From: Narcine bancroftii
Lineage: Eukaryota
Assembly (NCBI RefSeq): GCF_036971445.1
Contig: NC_091472.1
Location: forward strand, 93,434,001 to 93,498,000
Direction of reading: 5' to 3'
Length of the DNA: 64,000 nt
Part shown: piece by piece, positions 49,775 to 61,684 of the stretch
How positions within the stretch are numbered: the first letter of the stretch is position 1
Layout of the letters: every line of letters starts with the position of its first letter
The notes under the pieces: generated by a model
Databases searched by the model: none
What the model was told of the DNA's origin: nothing
What the model saw: the letters and a program-made list of their open reading frames with translations, nothing else
Translations under genes and position numbers: made by a program

Positions 49775-50630
49775 TTATATTAGACTCACGTTATTGTCAT
49801 CATACCAGTAAACCAGCTAATGAATACAACCAGCATCTAACCAGATGTATAAAAAATAATGCTGTATACATTATAATAAAACATGTGCAATTAAAACTAA
49901 AAACAAACTATTCTACAACAAACTTTTAAAAAGTACTGATTTTGCAATGTGAGTGCAGTACCACTCAGCACCGTGATTCAGAGTTTAACATAGTCAGAGC
50001 TTCATAAAAAAAGTTCTTCTTGATCCGACTGGTGCATGAGAGAAGGCTCCTGTAGCATCTGCCCGATGGGAAAAGAGTAAATGGTCTGTGATTCGGGTGT
50101 GATGAATGTTTGATGATGTTTCTTGCCCTGCTCAGAATATAGATGTTTTTGATGGTACACAATTGGATGCCAATAATCTGTTGGGAAGTTTTCACTACCC
50201 TCTGGAGTGCCTTGCAATCTTGTGCAAGATAATTCCCGTACCATACTGAAATACCACGTTAACACGCTCTCAATTGTGCATCTATAGAAATCCAACAGTA
50301 TCCTGGGACAGAGGTGGATCTTCCTCATACTCCTCAAAAAATAAAGACACTGTTGTGCCTTTTTAATCAGAATTGAAGAATTCAGGGACCAATGATCTTC
50401 AGAGAGATGGATGCCAAAGAATTTAAAGCTAGATCAACATTCCACCACCACTCCATTGATGTAAATCGGGATGTGAGGGTGACTTCTGGCACACTTGAAG
50501 TCCACGATGATCTCCTTGGTCTTCTGAATGTTAAGTGTCAAATTGTGAATAGCACACCACAAGGCTAGGTGCTGAACCTCATTTATTAAGGCCATTTCAT
50601 CATCCCCTTTAATCAGGCCTACCACCATGG
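49775..50630 (-). mobile_element. Rex1/Babar LINE 3' fragment
   Basis: WCAIHNLTLNIQKTKEIIVDF, FYRCTIESVLT, HPNHRPFTLFPSGRCYRS. Confidence 0.9.
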
Positions 50631-51149
50631 TGCCAAATCAGGAGCACCAGATGCAGTAAATGACCCCTGCAGATTCATGTAAAATGTTGCTTCACTGAGA
50701 AAGACTGTTTTGGGCCCCAAATGGTGATGAGGGGGGTGGGTGTGTGTAGCATTTCTTCATTGATTAAGATGGCTGTGAGGCAGCAGAAAGGAAATTATAG
50801 ACCTATTAACCTGATGTTGGTAATTATGAAACTGTTGGAGTTGAATGGCGAAGATGAGGTTGCGTAATACCTGGAGGTGCATGAAAAGATGGGCCCAGAC
50901 AGTATGGTTTCCTTAAATAAAAATCATGTCTGACAAACCTATTGAAGTTTTTTGAAGAGATAATAAGTAGGATACACAGGGGAGAAGCAGTGGATGTTGT
51001 GTATTTGAACCTTCAAAATGCCTTTGACAAGGTGACATACATGAGGGTGCTAAACAAGTTGAGAACCCATGGAATCACAGAAAGGAATCATGGGTACAGT
51101 ATTGGCTGATTGATAGGAAACAGAGAGTAGGAATAATGGGATCCTATTC

Positions 51150-54100
51150 CTTTTTAAATTTAGATGTACAACATGGTAACAAGCTTGTAGTGTCCAAAAG
51201 AGCCACAATAAGTTTAATTAGTTTACTTACCTTGTTAGGTTGGCATCCTGTTGAGCCCCACAACCACAGGAGGCGTCCCAAGTGCATTTTGATTGGGCAC
51301 AGCATCTTTATAGTTGTGAGCATGCGTGTTCCTTGAGCATGCTCAGTGCATTCGGGTGTTAGAGCGCTGTTTAGAGCATCCGCTGTTATGTATGATGCGA
51401 ATAAGTAGAATTAGTTAGAATTAAGGATGGAACCATGGAGAAGGGTGAGTGAAAACCTCTTAACTTTAGTTAACTGTTAACAGTGATGTTACTCTGTTTT
51501 CACGGAGCATCAGTTCAGATGTTATTTATGAATATATCAACATTAGAGAAGATAATTTCAAGTTTATGTGTTGAAAATAAAGAATTAAAAAGCATCTGGA
51601 CTTGTATTAAAACTAATTGAAAATGCATCATTAATAGGTATTTCACTTAGCCTTCAAGCAACTGTTTATTGGATCAAAGTCACTATATATTAGTCAACTA
51701 AAGACTGTTTAGAATGAAAAATTGAAAGATAGAAGAAACTCTCGGTGTTTTGAATTGCTATTGAAAGTTAAATGTCAGCCATCTTTTAAGTGCCTTGAGT
51801 TGGGGTCTGTTTGTAATCCATATCCATCCTCCATGAGTATCAGCCAGAGAGTAATTTAAAGTATCTAATATAATAGCAAAGTGCCTTATAATCACGTTGG
51901 TGAAGCCATTTCTTGAAAATCAGTGATATTATTGGCAGATGCTACTGTGGAAACTCGTTTGTTAATATCAGCACATTACAGCCTTTAGAAGTGGTGGGCT
52001 TAAGTCTGTGGACTCCTGTGTATTTGTGGAAACTTTGAGCACAGTTTGGATTTTGCTGCAGCTAGTTTATTGGGGACTGTTGAATTGGCTTGTGTCGTAT
52101 GTTCTAGAAGGACTGTGAAACAATACAAGTAAAAATGGATGAAGAAGCACATGAAGGTTGCAGAACTTAGAGAAGAAATGAGTAAACAGAATCTTGATTC
52201 AAGTGGAAATAAAAATGTTCTTATGGCAAGACTGAAGGAGCCAAGGGTTTGGTTGATGGGAATGAAGACATTTGAAAAATCATTGCAGAAGACAACAACT
52301 GAATATGAAGGCAACAATGTGCATATGCTTGAATATGTTTTACTAAAAGATAATGAAAAAAATGGTGAAGATGCAATGGATATATTATTTGAATTGGATC
52401 AAGAGGATAACATCTGACCTGCAGGAAGAAATACAAGGTGACAGTGCATCAAATGTGGAAAGCAAGAGAAGTAAACAAAGTTCTTCAAGACCAAGCTCCA
52501 GAGTTTCCAGTATAACATCAACACATTTAAAATTAAGAGCTGAAAGGGCTGCTATTAATGATGAATGGCTTAAATATGTCTTTGAAGAAATAGAGGAAGT
52601 GCAGGAGAAGCAGCAATATAGAAAGCAGGAGTAGGAGCATCAAAGGAAGAAGGAGGAGCAGATAAGAAAGCAGCTAAGAAGGCAAAAGGAGCAAATGGAA
52701 TTGAGAAAAAGAAGAGTTGTTATTGATTCATTGTTGAATGCACTAGAAGATTCAGAGATATCTGGTGCTAGAAGTAGATTACCTAAAGTGTATGATGGTA
52801 TAGAATCATATTTTAGGAAAGAGCCATAGGAAACAAAACCAATTATTGACAGAAATCTTAGTACCATGGGTACAAGACAGGCATATACAAGAACAAATCC
52901 TTACAGAGCCAAACCACATGTATCAGTGGCAAAATCCGCCAACAGAGCTGCAACATTGGTTCAGTCAAATGCTGCCTTTTCTTTGGCATTCGAGTCAAAT
53001 ATCAGAAATATGAGTGAACCTACTCCAGTAAGGTATCCAGATACATTACCTGCTACAAGAGGTTATGAACAGGAACACAAACTATTATCTCTGGGAAGAA
53101 ACAATGAAATCACTGCATCAATGATCCAGCTACACTTCAGTACCAAACGTTCATGAGAACTTTTAGATGCAATATTGAAAACAAGTGTCTCGACTCTGAA
53201 GACTATTTTTATTATTTAGAAATGTACACAGAAGGACAGCCAAAGGAATTTGTAAAGAGTTATCAACATATGTCTTCAGTTAGAGGATTTGAAAGAGCTA
53301 AGTATTTACTAGAGAAGAATTTTGGCAACAAGCATTGAATTGCTTTAGCTTAAATGGTCATCAATAAACCGAATATTGCAAAGGCTCTACAAGCTTACAC
53401 TCTTAGGATGTTGTAATGGCATGGAAGATATTGACAATATTTGTGATCTTGAAGTGCATGGTAATATGCAAATCATTTTAGATAAATTACTCTATCGGAT
53501 ATGGGCTAAATTGAGAAGAATGGCTTGTGATTTCCAGAAAAAATATGATCAAAGAGCTACCTTAGATCATTTGGTGGATTTCCTAGAACAGCAGGTGTAC
53601 GTTGAAACAGATCCAATATATAAAAATACCAGAGATATTTCAAAGGGGAGCAAATAAGTAAGGAGGTCTAACTCACAGTCTAGTCCAAAATTGAAAAGGA
53701 ATACTTTTGCTACTAATGTGTCAGTTACAAATAAGGAAAAAAATAAAGTAAATAAGGAAAATGAAAATTTGCCTAATGAGAAAACTTGTTTGTTCTGTAA
53801 AGGTGGACATGCTTTGGAAATGTGTTGATGGTTGGAAAAGAAGGAACACATAGAGAAAATCATTTTTTTAAAGGAAAATGGAATATGTTTTGGCTGTCTG
53901 TATCAAGGGCGCATCAGTGAAAACTGCAAGAAGTGACTTAGTTGTAAAAATACAATTTGAAGTATCCTAAAATACTGCATATCCATCAAAGGAATGAGGA
54001 ATTGGAAAAAGAGCAAACAGAAACAAAGGAAACATCAGAAAACAGTGTTATAGCCTTGGTTCAGACAAATGGTTCTACTGGGGCTGGTGTGGATAACTGC

Positions 54101-56520
54101 AAATTTTAAATAGTGCCTGTATGAGTCAAGAGCAAGAATGGGAATGTAATAATATGCATGTTGGGACTGATGAACAATCCTAATCTTCATGGAAGAAAGT
54201 TGAAGATTACCGTATGTTGAAAACCATGGAACAAGAAAAGGTTGTTGAAACCAGCATTGTTTCAGACTTAGAGATTACTGGATTGCATGATGGAAAATGT
54301 TGTGATCTTCCAATTTTATACACTCAGAAGACTTTGCCTGTGCACAAAGGAACTATTCCACATAATAACGATGACCTTCAGTTTTCTTATCTGTGGAACA
54401 TTTATCGACCTGAAGTTAAATCTGAGGTGGAGATGCTGATTTGTTCAAATGTTCCAAAGGCTTTGGAACCACTAGAAGTTATATGAAGTAGGGAAGATGA
54501 CCCTTATGCTGTTTAAACTAGACTTGGATGAACAGCTAATGGACCTTTAGAAGGAAATAATTATATTGCTCAGGAACAGTTAAAGACAAGTGTCAACAGG
54601 ATTTCAATTGTGAAAGTTATGAGAACAGCAAAAGACTGTAAATAAGAAATTCACTTCTGAAGAAAATAAAATGTGAAAATAAATCAAAGGAATCTAAGAC
54701 AATATTGAAGGAATTATTTTCATCAGAAATGGATGAAAATGAAGTATTAGAAGATATTGTAAATATTGCTGGTGATTATTCCTGTGTAATTGAATCAGAG
54801 GCGAACGCAGAAAATTGCGTTGATGGAATAAGGGAACATGTGATTTAAAATTTGGTAAAATTGGATTCCGAGAACAAAATATTGAAAAAGGTCTTAGAAA
54901 TACTAGATAATCATGAAAAAAGTGAAAGGAAAAATATTAAGTTTGTAATTGAAATCAAAAATCGATTTCAAAGGATTGAGAATGATTTCAATAATTCTTC
55001 AGCTTCGAAAGTGACTGAGGGAAAGGTCCAGAAAAAAGTTGACAAGAATAAAGATTTAATTGTAAATAAAATTTCAAGGTCAGAAAGTGAAAGAAAAGAA
55101 TAACTGCTGAAGAAATTAATACAGTTATTGAGGAAAGAGATTCAGCATTATCAAAATGTGAACAGTTGGAGGAAGAAATTCATGTTTTGAAAGAAAACAG
55201 GTTATTGGTTAATAACAGAAAACAGTTGACTACAGAAAACGAGCAAGAATGTAACTTGAAGGATCAGTTACTAACAACGCAGAAAGAAAGAGAAATTGCA
55301 TGTCAACAATGTGACAAACAAGAAGAAATAATGTTTGAATCTTGTCTTCTTTATAACCAATTGCAAAGAAAGAAAAGGCTGAGCAAATCTGTTGCAGAGA
55401 AGGTTAAAGAGACTCGATTATTGAAATTGAGAGAAGCAATTAAATTTTCAAGATTTGGTATTGAGTTCAAATTATTTCTATGAGAAGCAGAATGCTGAAG
55501 AAAGGAAGAAATCCAAAAGATGTGCTGAAGAGATATTTTGTCTGAGGAAGATTTGAGGTTTACTGATCCATGTTTTAACTCAAAGATTCTGGAGACAAAG
55601 AAACTTATGTACAAACTGACTTTATTTTGTTGTTTACAGACTGTACAGGTTACAGTCTTTATTTATACAGAGGTTGCTAGTAATTTCTGGCCTTGTGAAG
55701 AAAGAAGATTTGTATAAAGTTTGAATGTTATATGCTTTATATGTTATTTGTAATATTGTGTAATTATTATTTAATACATAATGTCTAATTATTGTTATTA
55801 GGGCCTGGTATTGTAGTGGCCAAAAGAGCCACAATAGGTTTAATTGGTTTACTTACTTTGCAAGGTTGGTGTCCTGTTGAACCCCGTGGCCATTAGAGGC
55901 ATCCTAAGTGAATTTTGGCTGGGCCCGGCCATCTTTGTAGTTGTGTGCATGTGCAGTTCTCAGAACATACTCAGTGCATTCAGATGTTAGAGTGCCTTTT
56001 AGAGCATGCACGGTTATGTATGACGCAAATAGGTAGCTTCAGTTAGAATTAAGGATGGAGCCATAGAGACGAGTGAGTGAAAAGCCCTTAACTTTAGTTG
56101 ACTGTCAACAATGATGTTACTCTGTATTCACGGAGCATCAGTTCAGATGTTATTTATAGATATATCAGTGTTAAAGAAGATAATTTCAAGTGTATGTGTT
56201 GAAAATAAAGAATTAAAATACAACTGGACTTACATTGAAACTAATTGAAAACGCATCACTAATAGGTATTTCACTTAGCTTTCAAGCGACTGTTCATTGG
56301 ATCAAAGTCGCTACAAGGCCATTTCAGGCCATGAGCCCGTGTGGCCCAATTACACCCAATTAACCTTCAACCCCTGGTACATTTCAAACATTGAGAGGAA
56401 CCCACACACCTATGGGTAGAATGTGCAAACTCCTGAAAGACAGCATAGGATTCGAACATCTGTCCTGATTGCTGGTGCTGTAATGGTGTTCAGCTAACTG
56501 CTATGCCAACCACGCCACCT
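51150..56520 (-). mobile_element. V-SINE-like element split by the BEL element (51150-51185 and 56316-56520)
   Basis: The joined halves match SINE 34760-35032; A/B boxes at 56450-56515 on the minus strand. Confidence 0.85.
51186..56315 (+). mobile_element. Degenerate BEL/Pao LTR retrotransposon lacking recognisable RT, RNase H and integrase
   Basis: ~500-bp LTRs 51186-51687 and 55812-56315; degenerate TSD aagct/aggcc; BEL gag remnants (YYLEMYTEGQPKE, CLFCKGGHALEMC, CFGCL) and protease-region motif (EVEMLICSNVPKALEPLEV). Confidence 0.92.
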
Positions 56521-57544
56521 TAATTTTTGTTGGCCTCTGTTATCAGTAGTATACCGCAGGGGTTGGTGTTGGGGCTGCTTCTTTTTATGTTATATATAAA
56601 TGATTTGGATTATGGAATAGATGACTTTGTGGCTAAATTTGTAGATGATACCAAAATAGGTGGTCGAGGAAGTGGTGCTGAGGATACTGAAAGGCTGCAG
56701 AGAGACTTGGATGGATTAGGAGAATGGACAAAAAGGTGGCAGATGACATACAATGTTGGGAAGTGTATGGTCATGCACTTTAGTCGAAGAAATAGACAGG
56801 CAGACTATTTCGATGGGGAGAAAATTCAAAATTTGGAGGTGCAAAGGGACTTGGGACTCCTCATGCAGGACACCCTAAAGGTTAACCTTCAGGTTGAATT
56901 GGTGAAAAAGAAGGGAAATGCAATGTTGGCATTCATATCGAGGGAATAGCATATTAGATCAGGGATGTAATGAGACTATAGGGCACTGATGAGACTTCAC
57001 TTGAACTACTGTATACAGTTTTTGATGCCTTATTTGAGAAAATATGTGTTGACATTGGAGAAAGTTCAGAAAATATTTACCAGAATGATACCAGGAATTA
57101 AAGGGTTAGCATATGAGGAACAATTGTTGACTTTTGGACTGTACTCTTTGGAGTTCAGAAGGATGGGGGGGGGCGGGATCTCATATGGGCATTTTGAATG
57201 CTAAAAGGCCTGGACAGAGTAAATGTGGCAAGGATGTTTCCCATGGTAGGAGATTCTATGACAAGAGGGCACAATTTTAAGATAAAAGGGTATCAATTTA
57301 AAACAAGATGTGGAAAAATTTTGTTTGGCATAGGGTCACACATTTGTGGAACTTGTTACCACAGGTGGCTCTAGAAATGAAGTCATTGGGGTGTATTTAA
57401 GGGAGAGATTGACAGGTATTTGATTAGTCAGGTTATGGGGAGAAAGGCAGGGAGTGGGGCTGAGTGGTGGATGGATCAGCTCATGATTGGAATGATGGAG
57501 CAGAGTCAATGGGCCAATATACCTCCTTCTTGTAATCTTGTGAT

Positions 57545-58180
57545 ATCTTGAAGTCACAATGGTAAATAGTGAAGGGGAGATTAGTGGGAAAGAATGAGTG
57601 GACGAGCAGGTCCTAGAGGGAGCGATCCCCGCGGAAAGGAGAGAAGGGAAGATGTTTCTGGGTGGGATCACATTGTAAGTGATGGAAATTGTAGAGGATA
57701 CAGAGTCTGGTGGGGTGGTACATGAGGACAAGGAGAACCTTGCCCTTGTTGCATTATGGGATGGAGGAGGTGCAGATATATGGGAAATAAAGGCAATATG
57801 GATAAGGGTTGAATTGATGGCAGTAGAGGGGAGCCATGATTTTTGGAAGAAGGAGGACATATCAGATGCTGTGGAATGTAAGACCCCATCCTGGGAGCAG
57901 ATGGAGACAGAGGAATTGAGAAAAAGGAATGGAATCCATACAGGAGACAGGGTGTGAAGAGGTATAGTTGAGGTAACTACTGCAGGAGTTGGCAGGTTTA
58001 TCAAAGATATCTGTGAAGAGTTTGTTTCCAGAGATGGATGCAGAGAGATTGAAAAAGGCAGGGGTAATGGGGGGAGGGGGGGGAGTGTTGCCAGAGATGG
58101 ACCAAGTGAATTTGAAATTGGAGTAGAGTTGAATAAGTTGATGAGCTCATCATGGGTGGAGGAGGCAACACCAATGTAAT
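57545..58180 (-). mobile_element. Penelope-like element fragment
   Basis: Reverse complement resembles 41310-41720 and 62520-62960 (RT C-terminus and linker). Confidence 0.8.
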
Positions 58181-58554
58181 TGCCATTGTAACAGAGGAAG
58201 AGTTGAGAATCTTGTATTTTCTCTGGTTGGTTTTCCACTGATGCAGGGCATAATCATTTCCACTCATGGAGAAACTATGACCAAGTGAAGACCAAAATTG
58301 TAACCTTTCTACTGAAGCAAGATGTGCAGTGAGCCAATATTAACAAGATTATCCAAACCATTAATTCAAGCTTAATTAAAAAAGAGTTGGATAATTTACA
58401 AATTTTGAATAACTATGCCTGTCTAAAGCTGTTAATCCAACATGGTTGGACTCAGTTTGCATTACATCAGTGCCTCATGCTATTGCTGAACCCCATCCTA
58501 AAATTGGAGGATGATTCAAGATTCCTTTATTGTCATATAATAGTACATAGCATG

Positions 58555-58602
58555 TTCTTCTTTGGCTTGGCTTCGCGGACGAAGATTTATGGAGGGGGTA
58601 AT
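58555..58602 (-). mobile_element. Extremely 5'-truncated RTE 3' end
   Basis: ttcttctttggcttggcttcgcggacgaagatttatggagggggt is the reverse complement of 16837-16878. Confidence 0.9.
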
Positions 58603-60344
58603 ATTAAGCAAAACTACCTGTGCCTGCTGTAAGGCAGACCAAGTGTCACCATTATTGTCTCCCAACACCCCTTACAGTAAGAGCTGGTGGATTTGCCTCC
58701 AGCAATTCCACTGCCTCTGCAGCTGCACAGACTCACAGACAACCCAATCTCCAGTCCAAACCCGTGACATGAGCAGGAAACCTTCAGCGCCTGAAGCCCT
58801 TCTTGCCCTCAGCACCTCTTGAATCCAGCAGCCTGCAGCCTTTGTGAGTCCTTCAGCCACTGATCCCCTCGCTGATCCACTTAGGATTTATTTTTACAAA
58901 CACTGTCTGCTCCTTTAACAAGCAGTTTAAAGTCTGTATGGAGCTGCCAGCATTAGGACTGGGTGATGGAACCCTTCTGAGCAGCACCGTGTCTCCACTT
59001 TCCACCCTCCCAGGATTTCACTAGTAGCAGTGCTGCAATTACAGCAGATCTGCAGTGCCATCATCTTTTTTTCTCATCATTATTTCACAACTAACATAAT
59101 TAAATATAACTTCACAATGAGCTTTCCAATAAGTTTTCATCAATAATATCTATTTACACATTTGTGCTAATAAATCGTATGGGGCCGAATGATAAATTCT
59201 GATAACACACCTGAAAAGACTTGGAATGTTACAGCCAAAGTTGCTGTACAGTTGTCAGCTGTAGTTTGGCCTTAACACTGTTGTATATTATTGCTGAATG
59301 GACCTTTATGTTCATGAAAATATAGGTTTCTTCTATATTAGTCAAATTCTGCAACAATTTTGGAAACAATCATTACAAAGACAAAATGTTGCCTCACAAT
59401 TTATTTTAACACTCATTAACATTAACTGAGAAACTTCCTTCTTTTAGTTATTAATTTGTTAGAGGGTGGCGAGACACCCCGCAGGATGAAAAACAAGACC
59501 TGTCAAATGGGGTCAACGGCCATCTAGCAAACACGTGCTGTGAAGCGTGGAAAGGGAATCAATCCCGGTATCAAAGCTTGGTCTAGTCATTCACTGCAAC
59601 AGAAATCCCCCAGCCATCTTGGTCCTCACCATGCTGCTGGATCCAAGAGGGGATGTCGAGAGCGTGGGTGTGGACCTGTGCAAACCCTACTCACCTAAAT
59701 CCATTCATGCACATGCTGTTCCTTTCTGAGGAGTGGAGTTTCCTCATATCAAACCCCACAAACTGGCTGAAAGGAATCATTGTCATCCTATGGGATGGAT
59801 AGCCAGAAGTTAGATTTTAGATATCTACATTATTAATTTTTGTTTCCTGTTGCCATATTGTTCTTTTGAATATCTAAATGGATAACCATAAGGATGAGAG
59901 AGGCTGACAAACTAAAGAAGGATATTCACAAAGTTATACAGTAGGGAGGTTAAATCTCCAGCAATACTGGAGGAAGTACTGCAGTTGCAAATCATGAACA
60001 CTGAAGCGGAGCCACTCAACTCGATCAAGCTTAGACTGGTTGAATGGATTTATGTAAAAAAAAATCACCAAGCTAATGATAGTTTTTAAATACACAAGAC
60101 ATAAGGACTTCTACACTGTTATTTATATTTGATACTTCTATTGTTTGAATTCTGGGAGAGTGATTTCCATCTTATTGGCAGCCCTGGAGGAAAAAAATTT
60201 GGCAAACTGAGTGAAATGCTGAAGGGCTGCCACAATCCATGACCTACATCAATCACCATCTTAAAGAGAGGAAGGATAAAGAGAGAAGGCTGAAGCAGAA
60301 AGTAAACCTTAGTAGATTGAATAATTTTGATCTTAAAATTCGCG

Positions 60345-60885
60345 AAAAGGCTGAGGACCCTGTGATATCCATCTCTGAGGGTGACCTCAGAACATCATTC
60401 AAGAGGGTGAATCCTCGCAAGGCATTAGGCCCTGGCAGGGTTCTGAAAATTTGCGCCAACCAACTAACTGGAGTGTTCACAGATATTTTCAACCTCTCAT
60501 TGCTGTAGTCAGAGGTTCCCACCTGCTTCAAATGGTCATCAATCATTCTGGTACCCAAGAATAGCTGCCTCAACAACTACCATCCAATAGCATTAACTTC
60601 TACTGTCATGAAATGCTTTGAGATGCTGGACTTGGCCAGAATTAACACGTACCTAAGCAAAGATCTGGACCCTTTGCAATTCGCCTATCGTCACAATCGC
60701 TCCACAGCAGATGCAATATTGCTAGCTCTCCACTCAGCTCTGGATCACCTCAAAAACAGCTGTTATTCATCAACTACAGCTCAGCCTTCAATACTATTAT
60801 TTCCTTAGTGCTGGTCAAGAAGCTACAAACTCGAGGCCTCTTCAAATGTATCCTTGATTTTCTCATCGGAAGACCACAGTCAGTA
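60345..60885 (+). mobile_element. Rex1/Babar RT fragment
   Basis: NPRKALGP...CANQLTGVFTDIFNLSL; MKCFE...LDPLQFAYRHNRSTADAI. Confidence 0.92.
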
Positions 60886-60914
60886 CCAGTGTTTATAATG
60901 AGTAGAGCAGTAGG

Positions 60915-61680
60915 TTAAGCACACATCCTTTGGATGTTCCTGTGTTGATAATCAGTGAGGAGGAGACATTGTTTCCAATTCGTACTGACTGTGGTCTTTC
61001 TATGAGGATCCACTTGCAGAGGGGGATTCAGAGGCCCAGAGTCTGTAGCTTCTTGACCAGCACTGAGGGAATAATGGTATTGAAGGCTGAGCTGTAGTCG
61101 ATGAAGAACAACCATATGTCTGAGTTGTTGTTTCTGATGTGTTCTAGAGCTGAATGGAGAGCCAGCAATATTGCATCTGCTGTGGAGCGATTGTGACGAT
61201 AGGCAAATTGCAGTGGGTCAATATCTTTGCTTAGGTACTTGTTAATTCTGGCCATGCCCAGCTGCTAAAAGCATTTCATCACAGTAGAAGTTAGTGCAGT
61301 AGTTCTCAACCTTTTTCTTTCCACTCATATATCACTTTAGGTAATCGCTATGCCATCGGTGCTGTGTGATTAGTAAGGTGGTATGTGAGTGGGAAGGGAA
61401 GGTTGAGAATCACTGCTCAAAACCCAATTGTTATGGAAATATTTTGCTTGATAAAAATGTAATTGACCCATTTCTTTTGGAGTTATGAAACTGTGCACAT
61501 AACGAATCAATTAGAAACGATTAAAACAGTGGTTTTCAAACTTTTCTTTGCACCCACATACCACCTTAAGCAATCTCTAGCTAATCAGAGAGCACCTATG
61601 GCATAGGGAATACTTAAAGTGGTATGTGAGTGGAAAGAAAAAGGTTGAGAACCACTGAGTTAGTGCTACTGGATGATAAT
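60915..61680 (-). mobile_element. Rex1/Babar RT fragment in inverted orientation, interrupted by a hAT MITE
   Basis: DPLQFAYRHNRSTADAI...FIDYSSAFNTIIP. Confidence 0.92.
61297..61657. mobile_element. hAT (Charlie-like) MITE, 361 bp, composite structure
   Basis: Perfect 8-bp TSD agttagtg (61289-61296, 61658-61665); ~35-bp TIRs cagt(a/g)gttctcaacctttttctttccactca. Confidence 0.96.
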
Positions 61681-61684
61681 ATCC

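Larger units (their letters stand above)
50780..57535 (+). mobile_element. CR1 LINE hosting nested SINE and BEL insertions
   Basis: RT N-half at 50780-51150 continues at 56525 (SIPQGLVLG...YINDLD...FVDDTKIG) through the 3' UTR. Confidence 0.9.

Noticed and set aside
57336-58238. 300-aa minus-strand ORF as a host gene
   Set aside because: It spans a Penelope fragment read off-frame plus antisense CR1 3' UTR; a low-complexity Ser/Pro-rich artefact.
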